The notes beneath the pieces are model-generated. The model made no database searches. It was not told where the DNA came from and saw only the letters and a list, made by a program, of their open reading frames with translations. The translations under genes and the position numbers were made by a program. From Longimicrobiales bacterium (GTDB lineage Bacteria; Gemmatimonadota; Gemmatimonadetes; Longimicrobiales; Gaopeijiaceae), in contig OZ250165.1 in assembly GCA_965238005.1 (NCBI GenBank), positions 1,888,001 through 1,952,000 of the forward strand: 64,000 bases of DNA, written 5' to 3'. This document shows, piece by piece, positions 38,176 to 49,300 of the stretch (position 1 is the first letter of the stretch; each line of letters starts with the position of its first letter).

Positions 38176-38230
38176 CAGTGTCCCGTTGCCAAAGTGTCTC
38201 GGTCAGTCGAGGGCATGGTGCATCCGCGGA
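38176..38230 (+). repeat. Solo left end of the 27872 MITE
   Basis: cagtgtcccgttgccaaagtgtctcggtcagtcgagggcatggtgcatccg is nearly identical to 27871-27921; abuts the M14 stop codon. Confidence 0.88.
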
Positions 38231-40975
38231 TCAGAGAATCGGCCCCTTCTGAGCCGAGCCGTAGAAGATTCCGTTGAAGAGAAGCGGGAACGCCGCATGG
38301 GACTGGGAACGGAACGTGATCCTGGGCGAGAAGAGGAAGAGCTTCCCGTCTCCGAGGGGCGCTTCGATCAAAGCCGTGCCGTTCTGCATGCGCTCCTGGC
38401 CCCACGCCCACCCGCTTCTCAGGGGCTGATCGGTATCGAACCAGCCGATGCGCTTAACCCCCTGTCGCTCCCACCCGGGCTCGAGTCGGAAGAGAGGGCT
38501 GTGGCTGATGAGAACGTCCAGGCGCTCACCGAGCCCGTGCGTCACCGGGCTGACGTGCTCGAGCTTGAGCGAGTGAACGGATCCGGGCGTGTAGTACTGC
38601 TCTTCCGCCAGCGGCTGGCCATTCTCGACCAAATGGTTGCTCATCGGGAGACCGGCGTAGTAGCCCAGCACCGAGGAGCTGCCGATGGCGATGACGGTCC
38701 CTCCGCCTCGTGCGAACTCCAGGATCTCAGGCACGGTCCTGTCGGCCGTGACAGACCCTAACCGGCCACGGAACTCCTCTGGAATCGTGCCCGGATCCGG
38801 CAGTTGGCGTCGCCGATCTCCACCACTCTGGGCCCCGTCGCTGGGAGCCGGAATCGCACCGTCCTCGAAGACCAGCACGTCGAACCGGTCGCTCAGATTC
38901 CCGTCGGTGAGCTCAGAGGGATAGACCACCTCGAACTCGAACCCGAAGTCCTCCAAGATCATGCGAGTCCACCCCGAGGGCATGGATCCCCCGTAGCGAT
39001 CCCAGAGCCCGATCCGCGGGCGACGCAACCTGAGCGGCTCGCCCATGGGGGCGCTGACCGCCTGGAAGCTCACTCCTGTCTCGGCAGCCAACGTCATCAG
39101 CGCATTGTCGTCGACCTGGCTTTCCGGCACGTAGAAGGCCCCCTCGGCGAAGCCCGCTCCGTCGGGCACCTCGAGGAGCCAGTATACGTCTCTGCCCTGC
39201 GCAAGAAGGCGGTTCAGAACCAGGAAGGAGCCGTTGTGGCGATGATCGAACACGTAGCCGGCCGCTGAGGCCGCGGCCATCACCTGTCCCGGAGGTGTCT
39301 CAGCGAGCCCCTCGATCATCTCGAAGGGTCCGTCGAAGCCGTCCAGAATCCGGTCGAACTCGACGCCCATCTGATAGGCCAGCGTCCATCCCGCGTTGTC
39401 GTACGGAGGCGTGGGAGGTCCGCCCGGATAGGCGAAGTCGTTGGGATGCTGCTGGGGCTCAAACATGTCCATCACGTGTGGCCGGAAGGCCTGATCGGTC
39501 TTCGCCACATACGAGCCTCCGGCGTAGCGCCGACCGGCTACGGTGAAGTCCGCCGTGGCCCGGTGGACGTCCACCCCGTTCTTCAGAAGCGCGTTCACGA
39601 ACTTGGTGGCGGTGGCGAAGTCCGCCTGGTCCCGTGGCACAATGAACCCCCGGGGATCCCGTCCTGCCCGGGGGCGAAGCATTCTCTGGAAGTCCTCGGC
39701 CGATCCGGCCTTCCCGGCACCGAGGCTCTCGGCTGCATCTTCAACCTCGAAGGGCAGCACCGTCCAGGTGTCCCGGCTGCCCCGCTCGATCGAGTTCATG
39801 CCCATGCGCCAGATGTTGTACAGCAGCTGGTCGCGATTCCTGGAGGCGTAGTCGAGGACCGCCCAGTTCGCCGTCTGCGAGTATTCGATCGACTGGCCGA
39901 AGTGCCAGACACCCGGTTCGACGGGCAGCGGAAGGTCGCCGCTCGCCAGCTGGCGCTCGGGCCTGAACGGAATCTCGACGGGCGTCGGGTTGCCGATGGT
40001 CTCCGTGAGGAGACCGATCATGTTCTTGAAGTAGGGCGTGGTGCGCAGTCCGCCGTTCCACCAGGTGGAGTAGCTCGCACCGGAACGCATGGTGGTGCCC
40101 CCCTTCCCCTCGCGAACGAACCGGCCATGCATGGCGGCGCCTACCCCGTCTAGGCTGGTGATGATGATGGGGTCCAGGTTGGGATTCGGGGGATCTCGGA
40201 ACGGGGGCGCGAACATGACGGTGCCCGAAGGACCCGTTTGATGGTGGTTGTATACGATGTGGGGGTACCACTCCCGGTACATCACCCGGTTGATGTTGGT
40301 GGTCTCAGCCAGCGCCGACATGTAGAAGTCCCGGTTGTTGTCATGACCGGCGTACTTGTTGTACAGGACGGGGACGCCGCTCGTGCTCCGCTTCAGCGGA
40401 TCGTCCACCCGCACGTACCAGTCGGACACGAGCTCCATACCGTCGGGGTTCACGTGTACCGCCAGCAAGATCACATCATCCAGGATCCGCAGCGTCTCCG
40501 GGTCCGACCGGCTCACCATCCGGTACACCATCTCCATGAGCTGCTGGGCTCCGAGAACCTCCGTGGCGTGGAGGCCACCGTCGATCCAGACCACGGCCTT
40601 GCCCTCCTGGGACAACGCCCGGGCCTCCTCCTCCGAGACCCCCTTCGCCTTCGCCAGGCGTCGTGAGATCTCACGGTAGCGGTCGAGGTTCAGACGATTC
40701 TCCGGCGACGTGATGATCGCCATGATCTGAGGCCTCCCCTCGGAGGTGAGGCCGATGTCGTGGACCGACATTCGATCCGACTCGCTGGCCAGCTTCTGCC
40801 AGTACTCGTAGAGCTGGGTGTAGTTGGGGAGCTGGTAGTCCGCTCCGATCTCATGCCCGAACTGCTGCTCGGGCGAGGTCACCGCCTCTTGGGCGGTGAC
40901 GAGAGGCGCAAGGGCCGCGAAAAGGAGCGCGACAACTGGGACGGAAGCCTTCATGGGACGCATCGGGATCACCAC
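38231..40975 (-). CDS. M14 zinc carboxypeptidase family secreted protein
   Basis: Signal peptide, GGLHATE, NPDG, HDNNRD, YNHHQ, LLTET. Confidence 0.88.
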   Translation of the reverse strand: MVIPMRPMKASVPVVALLFAALAPLVTAQEAVTSPEQQFGHEIGADYQLPNYTQLYEYWQKLASESDRMSVHDIGLTSEGRPQIMAIITSPENRLNLDRYREISRRLAKAKGVSEEEARALSQEGKAVVWIDGGLHATEVLGAQQLMEMVYRMVSRSDPETLRILDDVILLAVHVNPDGMELVSDWYVRVDDPLKRSTSGVPVLYNKYAGHDNNRDFYMSALAETTNINRVMYREWYPHIVYNHHQTGPSGTVMFAPPFRDPPNPNLDPIIITSLDGVGAAMHGRFVREGKGGTTMRSGASYSTWWNGGLRTTPYFKNMIGLLTETIGNPTPVEIPFRPERQLASGDLPLPVEPGVWHFGQSIEYSQTANWAVLDYASRNRDQLLYNIWRMGMNSIERGSRDTWTVLPFEVEDAAESLGAGKAGSAEDFQRMLRPRAGRDPRGFIVPRDQADFATATKFVNALLKNGVDVHRATADFTVAGRRYAGGSYVAKTDQAFRPHVMDMFEPQQHPNDFAYPGGPPTPPYDNAGWTLAYQMGVEFDRILDGFDGPFEMIEGLAETPPGQVMAAASAAGYVFDHRHNGSFLVLNRLLAQGRDVYWLLEVPDGAGFAEGAFYVPESQVDDNALMTLAAETGVSFQAVSAPMGEPLRLRRPRIGLWDRYGGSMPSGWTRMILEDFGFEFEVVYPSELTDGNLSDRFDVLVFEDGAIPAPSDGAQSGGDRRRQLPDPGTIPEEFRGRLGSVTADRTVPEILEFARGGGTVIAIGSSSVLGYYAGLPMSNHLVENGQPLAEEQYYTPGSVHSLKLEHVSPVTHGLGERLDVLISHSPLFRLEPGWERQGVKRIGWFDTDQPLRSGWAWGQERMQNGTALIEAPLGDGKLFLFSPRITFRSQSHAAFPLLFNGIFYGSAQKGPIL

Positions 40976-41118
40976 GGATTATGGGCCAAGGGAAAAGTCA
41001 CGGGCTCATCTTCATGCCGGGATCTTCACCCGTCAACCAGACGGGTCCCTGGGCATGGACGGGGATGGCGCTCCCCCACGAGGACGACAGGAGCGCCCAG
41101 TGTCTCGGAAACGGAAGA

Positions 41119-41829
41119 CTAGCCGGTGAGCTCCGAGAGGGTCACCACTCGGCCCTGGGAGGCCCAACGACGGAGAGTCACCTCCTCGTCTTCGAGACCC
41201 AAGCCCCAGGTTGCATCTCGGACCGCCGTGACCCGGTATCCCCTGTCCTGCATGCCATCCACGGCCTGGGTGACGCAGACGTCCCGGGCGACACCGATGA
41301 CCACGAGTTCCAGCTCCCCCTCCACTTCATCCTCGAGGTCAGCCAGGAAGGTTTCGGCGGCGGCGTTGCCCTCGAAGACGTCGAAGCGGTCCTTCTGGAT
41401 GAAGACCGATCGCCCACTCCGGATCGCCTCCCGGGCGGTCTCGGCGGCCTCCGCCCCGGTGGCCCCCATGGGCAGGACCAGTGGATCGGTCGGCCGAACG
41501 ACCCCTATGAGCTCGGCCCCGGCTCGTTCGTCCGGATCGTCGGACCGGCCCATGCAGTGAGGCGGATAGGTGCCCGCCTGCGGGTTTGGGGCGTGAGGAT
41601 CGATCTCGGCGTCGTCGAGGGCGTGCCAATCCCCCGTATAGACGATGACGGTACAGCTCTCCCGCATCCACGCCACCGCATCCCGAAGGGCCGCGACGAT
41701 GGAGGTGGCCCCAGGGTCGGAGGCGTCGCCCAGGTCGCGCACGTAGAGGCGGCCATCGGGCTCCATGAAATCCCTCTGGACGTCCACCACCCACCCGACC
41801 CAGGTGACCGTGCCGGAGCTCGAGGTCAT
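41119..41829 (-). CDS. pncA: Nicotinamidase/isochorismatase family cysteine hydrolase
   Basis: VDVQRDF, DWH, YPPHC, QKDRFDVF, GVARDVCV; coupled to the NAPRTase gene. Confidence 0.78.
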   Translation of the reverse strand: MTSSSGTVTWVGWVVDVQRDFMEPDGRLYVRDLGDASDPGATSIVAALRDAVAWMRESCTVIVYTGDWHALDDAEIDPHAPNPQAGTYPPHCMGRSDDPDERAGAELIGVVRPTDPLVLPMGATGAEAAETAREAIRSGRSVFIQKDRFDVFEGNAAAETFLADLEDEVEGELELVVIGVARDVCVTQAVDGMQDRGYRVTAVRDATWGLGLEDEEVTLRRWASQGRVVTLSELTG

Positions 41830-42929
41830 GAGACGGTCTCCATCCGCGGGTTGGGGCGATGCCAGCGTCCTATCTTTGCCGAAGGGCGGCCCTCCACCAA
41901 TACGACGTCGGCCGTGAAGTCGTAACTGCCTCGCACCAGCGCCGAGCCCACGCCGTAGGAATCCACGGGCACTCCCGCCTCCTTGAAACGACGGATCTTG
42001 TCCGCATCGAAGCCGCCGGATACCACGATCTTCACATGCCTGAACCCCTCCCGGTCGAGGGCGTCTCGCACCTTCTCCACCAATCTCGGATTGACCCCAC
42101 GGGGATCGAAGTCGCCCATCTCCCCCTGAAGGGACTGGTCTACCATGTCGGCGGCCGTGTCGAGGCGGACCCCCCAGAGGCGCTCCCCCAGCGCCCGGGC
42201 CACGGCCAGGGAGGTCCCGACGGAGTCGTTCTCGAAGTCCACCAGCGAGATGATGTTCACGTCTTCCGAGATGTGGCGCACTAGGGCCTCGGTGGCCCTC
42301 ACGGTGTCTCCACCGTAGGCGGCGATGAGCGCGTGGGGAATGGTCCCGTCACCCTCACTCCCCCACCAGGAGGCCTGCGCGTCGGTCGAGACCCCGATGG
42401 CACCGGCCACGTGGGCCGCCCAGCCATCTCCGGTCTGCACCATCCAATGGTCGTGTCGCGCGGGGAAGAACAGGACCGGCTGGGGCCAGGCGGCCTCGAC
42501 GACCTCACGGGTGCTCGTCGCGATCTTGGTGCGACGGCCCAGAACCCCCACGTAGAGCGTCTCGAGATGGGCGAAGGCCGCGTACGGCCCGCGGATCAGC
42601 ATGACCGTCTCCCACGGCTCCACCCGATCCCCGTCCCGCAAGGAGGATACCTCGAGGTCGGAGAAGGAATAGCCATCGGTCAAGCAGAGCTTGAGGATGG
42701 CGATGGCCTCGTCGGTACCGGCCACCCATGCCCGTTTCTTCTGGAAGACTTGCATCGTTACGACAGGGTCGTTCCCGTCGGCGATCAGCACGTCCCGTGC
42801 CCGGACGAAGTACTTGTCCGAGTAGTATCCCGCCCTCATCCTCTCCACGGGGAGCTGGAAGATCTCTGGATCGAGACGATCTCCGTCCCGAATGGGATCC
42901 GGAGGCCCCGCCGAGGCAGTGCTCACCAA
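41826..42929 (-). CDS. pncB: Nicotinate phosphoribosyltransferase (short QAPRTase-like type)
   Basis: YYSDKYF, LETLY, FFPARH, GTIPHAL, VDFEND, GVRLDT, SGGF, YGVGS, DFTAD. Confidence 0.8.
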   Translation of the reverse strand: MVSTASAGPPDPIRDGDRLDPEIFQLPVERMRAGYYSDKYFVRARDVLIADGNDPVVTMQVFQKKRAWVAGTDEAIAILKLCLTDGYSFSDLEVSSLRDGDRVEPWETVMLIRGPYAAFAHLETLYVGVLGRRTKIATSTREVVEAAWPQPVLFFPARHDHWMVQTGDGWAAHVAGAIGVSTDAQASWWGSEGDGTIPHALIAAYGGDTVRATEALVRHISEDVNIISLVDFENDSVGTSLAVARALGERLWGVRLDTAADMVDQSLQGEMGDFDPRGVNPRLVEKVRDALDREGFRHVKIVVSGGFDADKIRRFKEAGVPVDSYGVGSALVRGSYDFTADVVLVEGRPSAKIGRWHRPNPRMETVS

Positions 42930-45900
42930 ACCTCCTCTCGCTGTTGCGTCGTGTAGAAGATGATCCGCTCCTTCACCGGCTCATCGGTCAAGCGACTCCA
43001 ACAGGTGGCGTACAACTCCACCTGCCGCCGGTACGCCTCCTCGCGAGCCGGGAAGTCCGGATCCGTGCCCACATCCGTCTTGTAGTCGGCGATCGTCCAG
43101 CCGTCAGCCTCCCGGAACGCCAGATCGATGACGCCCTCCACGTACCGGGATGTCTCCACCTTTCCGGACCTCTCGGCGGTCTCCAACTCCGGGACCCTCG
43201 TCGAGAACGGAACTTCTACCAAGGTCCGCTCGGCAGCCCGTGCCCGCTCCCAGAGCGAAGACGTGCGCACGACTTCCACGAGCGCGACGAGCGAGGCGAG
43301 CTCCGTGGGCTCGCCCTCGGCGTCCAAGGGTCGCTCGTTCTCCAGGAGCAATCCGCGACAGACCCCCACCAGGGCTTCTTCCGACAGGTCGCCTGCCGCG
43401 GCCGCGAGAGCACCGTGCACCACCGTCCCCCAACTGAATCCCCGGGACCGCAGTTCCGGGGGCCGGTCCTCCGTGGGAGCCCCCGTGGGATCCCCCGCGG
43501 ACACCTCGGCGATCTCCGGGCGCCCACTCTCGAGATTCAGAGCCAACTGTGCTTCCCCCTTCTCGGCCGTCTTCGCCACGGATGTCACGGACTGGAATAG
43601 GTATCCGGGCCGACCTTTCTTGTCACGTCTCACGTCTATGCCGACCGCGCGATCGCGAATCGCCCTCCCATCCTCCTCCAGAGTGGCTCGGGGGCGAAGC
43701 GGCTCGATGACCATATCGTCCAGGCGAGCCCCGTGCTCCTCCAACCACGGGTCCAGGAGGGACCACGGTGACTTCGCGATGTGCTCGTCTCTCCGGGCCA
43801 CCACGAGCTCGTCCTCCGCCCGCGTGGCCGCCACGTACATGAGGCGTACCTCTTCGGCGTCATCGAAGCGCTCCTCCGCGGCCTGTCTCTCGAACCAGTC
43901 GGGAGGCATGGCGTGGATGTTCATACCCCACTTCTCGCGCGTCTGAACGACCAGGTATCCGGCGGCCCTCCCCTCGTCCAGCCTGGCGATGTGGTGATCG
44001 GGCTCCCGTCTGGTCTCCCCAACAGGGGCGGCAAGGACCACCACGGGGGCCTGGAGGCCCTTGGCCTTGTGGATGTTCATGACCCGCACGGCGTCGGAGC
44101 GTCCCGGTTGTAGTGGCGCCTCGGGCTCCTTGGCCTCGAGGGCGAGACGGACGGCCTCCAGTGCCCCGGCGATGGACGTGCTTCCCTCGAGGGTCGACGA
44201 CCCCACCGCGTCCAGGACGTAGAGGAGCGCCCCTGAGCGGATCTGTCCGAGCGGGCCCGACGCTGCATGAGGGAGAAGACCGATCTCGTCCGTGATGCGA
44301 GCCAGAACCCCGTCGGCCGGTGCGCGGCGGGTCGCTTCCCACCATCGGTTCAGGCGTCGGAGGGTCTTGGTGACGTCCGTCTCCGGCTGTCCATGGAGGG
44401 ATGTCAGCGTGAACCGGCCGCCCTTCACCCGGTGATCTAGAAGCTGCTCGAAGTCGAGACCGAAGAAGAGCCCCACCAACACGGCTGCCAGCTTCACGGG
44501 ATCGCTGGGATCGGCCAGACACTCCAGGAGACGAACCAGCTCGGAGATCTCCTCCTCTTGCCCCACGGCGACGCCGGAGAGGGCCACGGGCAGGTCCCGT
44601 GCTTCGAGCTCTCGAGCATAGGGATCGAGGTCCTTTCGGTACCGGGTGAGGATCAGGAAGTCTCCAGGTGTGCGGTCGCCTCCTGGAGCGCATCGCCGGC
44701 CGATCCAGGTGGCGAGCTTCGCCGCATCCTCCGAGACCATGGCGTCCCGGGCTGCATTCTCGATCAGGTAGTGGAAGACGCCGTCGGGCTTGTCGGGCCG
44801 CTCCGATCGCTGTGGCAGAAGCGGGGCGAACGCCGCCTGATGAGCCGTCGCCACGGCTGGGAGGCCTGCCCCACCCTCGAAGACGCCGTTCACCAATGCC
44901 GCCACCGCCGGCACAGAGCGGAAGTTGGCCTCCAGTCCCAACACGCTGCCAAACGCCTTGAAGCGATCCTTGACCGCGTTGTACACCGTGATGTCGGCCC
45001 GCCGGAATCGGTAGATACTCTGCTTCGGGTCCCCCACCACGAACAGGGCCCCCGCTCGCGGCTCCAGCACCAACCAGCTCTCCGCAGTCCCACCGGCATC
45101 CCGCCCTCCTCCGTGCACTCCCTTCTCGCCTCCTCCAGGCTCGGTGGCTGCGTCCTCGAGCGGCTCCGCGGCCAGCAGCATGAGGATCTCGGCCTGTATG
45201 GGATCCGTGTCCTGGAACTCGTCCACGAGAACTCGACGATACCGGAGGCCGAATTGGCGGCGGGCCTCGACGCTGGACCGCAAGAGCTTCACCGTAAGCG
45301 TCAGGAGGTCTTGGAAGTTGAGCCGCCCCGTCCGTCGCCTCTCCGCCTCCCACGCCTGCGCCGCTCCGACGACCATTCGGATGGCGACGGCATACCGGTG
45401 CATGCGCCACTGTAACAGGAGCCGCTGACAGGGAGCTCCTTCCGCCACGAAGGCGGAGAACGCCGAAGCCAGCTCCTTGGCTCGGGCCTTGATGGCCGGA
45501 TCGTCCGACCATCTGATCTGAGTCACCTTGTACGTCTTCCGACGAGCCACCCCGGAGAGGGCGTGGAGGAACTCCAAATCCGAGTCCCACCCGATGACGC
45601 GGAGGGAGTATCGGAGACCGTACACCTTCTTCTGCAGGTCGTCCCAGCTCTTCTCGGGCTCCGACCCGGGCATGATCTCCTCGGCCCGGTCCATCAGGCG
45701 CGTCAATTCCTCGCGCACGGCGGTGATCTCCGTCGGATCCGGCCGGGGCACGTCCTCGGCGGGGAACTCCACATCGGGGTGCTCGCAGACTTCGCTGAAC
45801 AGACGCTCGAGCTGCCTCGGGTGCAGCCCGACCTCCGCGAGCTGGGCGAGAATCGGGTCGGCGTCGGCGGCGAGCCTTTCCAGGTGTGCCGCCCAGAACC

Positions 45901-46357
45901 CTGTCGCGAGTTTGTACGAAGTCTCTTCCGTCAGCTCTTGGAAGCCGGGGTCCAAGCCAGCCTCCAGCGGCCGCTCCCGAAGGAGCCGCGCACAGAACGC
46001 ATGGATCGTCCCGATGAACAGTTGGTCAAGCGAAGAGAGAGCCTGGCTCAGCCTAGCGCCCTCGCCCGAGCCGGGTGCCTGGGCCGCCAACACCCGCTCG
46101 AGCTCCACCTGAAAGCGCTCACGAAGCTCGCCTGCGGCCTTGCGGGTGAAGGTCACTGCGGCGATCTCCGACGCTGTTGTGGTGCCCGACCGGATGAGCG
46201 CCACCATGCGGCGCAAGAGCGACGTCGTCTTGCCGGAGCCGGCGCCCGCCTCGACCAGGATGTTCGTATCCAGGTCCGAGTCGATGTCCGTCCTGGCGGC
46301 CTCGTCCGGAAGATGCCGCTTCGCCTCGTCAGGTAGCTGCCGCTCCGCCCCACTCAC
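42923..46357 (-). CDS. addA: AddA-type UvrD helicase-nuclease
   Basis: AGAGSGKT, TFTRKAA, TIHAF, VDEFQD, GDPKQSIYRFR, HKAKGL, YVAATRA; nuclease GVIDL...DYKT. Start GTG 46357. Confidence 0.88.
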   Translation of the reverse strand: MSGAERQLPDEAKRHLPDEAARTDIDSDLDTNILVEAGAGSGKTTSLLRRMVALIRSGTTTASEIAAVTFTRKAAGELRERFQVELERVLAAQAPGSGEGARLSQALSSLDQLFIGTIHAFCARLLRERPLEAGLDPGFQELTEETSYKLATGFWAAHLERLAADADPILAQLAEVGLHPRQLERLFSEVCEHPDVEFPAEDVPRPDPTEITAVREELTRLMDRAEEIMPGSEPEKSWDDLQKKVYGLRYSLRVIGWDSDLEFLHALSGVARRKTYKVTQIRWSDDPAIKARAKELASAFSAFVAEGAPCQRLLLQWRMHRYAVAIRMVVGAAQAWEAERRRTGRLNFQDLLTLTVKLLRSSVEARRQFGLRYRRVLVDEFQDTDPIQAEILMLLAAEPLEDAATEPGGGEKGVHGGGRDAGGTAESWLVLEPRAGALFVVGDPKQSIYRFRRADITVYNAVKDRFKAFGSVLGLEANFRSVPAVAALVNGVFEGGAGLPAVATAHQAAFAPLLPQRSERPDKPDGVFHYLIENAARDAMVSEDAAKLATWIGRRCAPGGDRTPGDFLILTRYRKDLDPYARELEARDLPVALSGVAVGQEEEISELVRLLECLADPSDPVKLAAVLVGLFFGLDFEQLLDHRVKGGRFTLTSLHGQPETDVTKTLRRLNRWWEATRRAPADGVLARITDEIGLLPHAASGPLGQIRSGALLYVLDAVGSSTLEGSTSIAGALEAVRLALEAKEPEAPLQPGRSDAVRVMNIHKAKGLQAPVVVLAAPVGETRREPDHHIARLDEGRAAGYLVVQTREKWGMNIHAMPPDWFERQAAEERFDDAEEVRLMYVAATRAEDELVVARRDEHIAKSPWSLLDPWLEEHGARLDDMVIEPLRPRATLEEDGRAIRDRAVGIDVRRDKKGRPGYLFQSVTSVAKTAEKGEAQLALNLESGRPEIAEVSAGDPTGAPTEDRPPELRSRGFSWGTVVHGALAAAAGDLSEEALVGVCRGLLLENERPLDAEGEPTELASLVALVEVVRTSSLWERARAAERTLVEVPFSTRVPELETAERSGKVETSRYVEGVIDLAFREADGWTIADYKTDVGTDPDFPAREEAYRRQVELYATCWSRLTDEPVKERIIFYTTQQREEVW

Positions 46358-49300
46358 GTGCCGTCCTCCCAGCCCCTGATCCGGCGAAGCCCGGCGTACT
46401 CCTCCAGAACGAGCATGTTGCGCTCGCCCCACTCGGCCATGGGTGAGGTGAGATTCCAGCCGTCGCCAGAGACCCTGCACACAGACCTGAAGTCACAGAC
46501 CTGACAGTCTTCTTTGTCGTTGGTAGGGAGCAGTCGTCCCGATGCCACCTGGTCCAGCATCACCCCCAGCAGCTCCAGGCCCGGACGCACCGACTCACGA
46601 GTGAACCTCCGTTCCTCGTTGCGCCCTGTCGCCGTCGGGAAGACGTACGCGATGTCGGCCACGTCCTCGCCCAACAGCCGCTCCGCGACTTCGGCGTAGA
46701 TCACGTGCTGCATTCTCCGGCCCCCGTGAAAAACGGCCGATGCGGGCGTGAACCCGTACGGGGAGCCTGTCTTGTAGTCCAGGATGTGGAGTCCGTCCTC
46801 GTCGCGATCGACCCGGTCCACGGCGCCCTGAACCGAGATGGAGCCCCCGCCGACCGTGACTTCCACCGGAGGCGAGTCGTCCCTGCCGAACTTCATCTCC
46901 AGACGAATCCACGGAGCGCCTCGGTCCCGCACGAAGTCGGTGAAGGATCGGACATCCTCCGTCAGAAGCGTCAGCCCATGAGCGTATACGGCCTCGTTGG
47001 GGACCGGCACCGCGTTCCTGAGCCGCCGGGCCTCCTGCTCGAGTACCTCGATGGCCATGTCGTGGAACGCGGGCTCATCCGGCTCGAGACTCTCCTCGCG
47101 CGCCCGTGTGAGTGTTCGTTCGAAGACCCGATGGAGTAGCGCGCCCCGCTGCAGGTGATCCAACCAACGTTCCGGATCGAGAGCCGGGTCGTCGGGCGGC
47201 CGCAACCCGATGCCGTATCGAAGGAGGTACCGGAGCGGGCACGCACCCAAGGCCTCCAGTCGCGTGGCCGAGGCAACGATGAGGGGGTACGCACGTGGAT
47301 CCATCAGCTCGGCACGGGGCGCCACCAGCCCGTGGTGAGCCGACGCCTGGTCCTTCACGCGCTGGCTCCTGGCCTCCATTCCACGACCCAATTCTGGGAA
47401 GGCCTTCTCCAACACTCCCCCGGCATTGAGGAAGCCGCCGTCACGGCCTAGGGTGTCGAGCCAGACGTCGGTGCCGTCCAGAGGCCCCGAGCGCGGGATC
47501 GCACAGACCGGCTCTCCCAGGGCCTTGTGGAAGTCGTCGAAGGTGGCCGCTGGCCTCCCCTTCCAGAGCCTGAACATGTCGAGGAGAACGGACGATGGTT
47601 GAACGACACGTGCTTCCGCCGAGTCCCAGGCAGTATAGCTCGCCGTCACCCGACCCCGGGTCCGGGCCAGAAGCGCCGCCAACTGAAAGCGCCTCTCCGC
47701 GAGGCGTGCCCCCGACGTGGGCAAGCCCGCGGCCAACTCTTTTCGATCGAGGTCCAGGAGGACCGGGTCCTGGGCGCCGGCTCCGGGAAAGCGGCCGGCG
47801 TCCAATCCGACCATGAACGTAGCCCTCCTCCCCGTATATCCCCCGTGGGAGAGGTCGGTGAGGTGGACGTGGCCGCCCGTGGACTTCCAGGGTGGAGACC
47901 CTTCGTCCCAGGCCGCTCGGACACGGATGTCGAGGTGGCTGCGTAGCGCGGCCATGGCCGCATCGAACGAGGTCTTGCGGGTGAGGGTATCGGCGATGCG
48001 GGAGAGGCGCCCGAGGAGATCCTCGCGACCGACCGCATTTGCGCCCTCCCCCTCGGGAACGAGCTGCAAGAAGGCCTGGACTCCCCTGGCGAGCTCCGCC
48101 GCAGAGACGCTTCCGCGCTCCAGCACCAGAGGTCTCGGCGTCCAGGGGGTGGCGTCCTCGAGAACCCCGAGGAGGGACTCCAGAGCCTTCAGCTCCCGCA
48201 CGCGGTGCTCACCGCGCGCCTGGGCCTCTTCGGGAGACTCGTCCCTGAAGGGTTTCACCTTGTGCCCTGCGGCTTCCTCCACCGCGAGCTCCAGCGCCGC
48301 CCGTACCGCCGGGAGGTATCGGGAGCGCCCCCATCCGACGCGGAGCCGTCGGAGAAGTCGGGCCAGCGCGGCCGAGGACACGCCCTCGTACTCGGCCGGA
48401 GCCACGAGGTCGCCGGCCTCCAGGAGACCCCGAAGGACGTCGGCCGGAAAGCCGCTCTCGATCCACCGCAAATAGGCCTCCAGGGCCCGACCGGGTCGTG
48501 TCCGCCGGATCGCCAAACCAACCCCGAAGCTGCAAGGCACGCCCAATTGGTGGGAGAGGGCATCGAGGACGGCGCCGTACGTGCTCGGATCGGGGGTGAC
48601 GATCTCGACGTCGTCCCAGCGGAAGCCGCTCACCATCGTGCGCCGCAGCACCTCCCGGAGCTCGTCCCGGACACTGGCTGCCGCAAACATCTCTACGTCG
48701 GGCACGTCATCACCCGCCGGCGCCCGATCCACGGCGTGGACGAAGGAGAACCGGCCCCTCGCCGGAACAGCCTTCCAGACCATCGCCGTCGGAGGAGGCA
48801 TCCCGACGACCGGATCGGTGGCGAGGACCGTGGCCCCCCGCTGCTGCAAGGCATCGATGAACCGTCCGCCACCCCCCCTGGTGCCGAGACCGGGAAGAAG
48901 AAGGAAGATGGTGTCGTCCGGGCCGCTCGATCCGTCCTGGTTCAGAACCTCGGTAGCCCGGCGCAACACCTCGGCGGGGTCCGCGAGATGCCGCTCCGCC
49001 AAGGTCCTCTGGTAGGACGTCAGGAGCTCCCCAAGAAACGCCCTACGGGCGGGCCCTGAGGCGGGCCCTGAGGCGAGAGACTCGGGGGCCACACCCGACA
49101 GCCGAAGAGCCACAACCGCCCCCAGGATCGCCTCCCGGAATCCCACGCCATGCTCGAGAATACTCAGGTCCGGCCACTCACCCGTCGCGAACACGCCATC
49201 CATGGCCTGGTCCACGAGGGCCCTTTGACCGAATTCGTCCAGGATCGTCAGCCCCACGGCGGCAAGATCCGGCCCCGCGATCTGGGCGGCCAACCGCCCC

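Noticed and set aside
41119..42929. Phage-type NAD reconstitution or anti-defence module
   Set aside because: No phage genes nearby, composition matches the host backbone, and the enzymes are of the PncA/PncB type.
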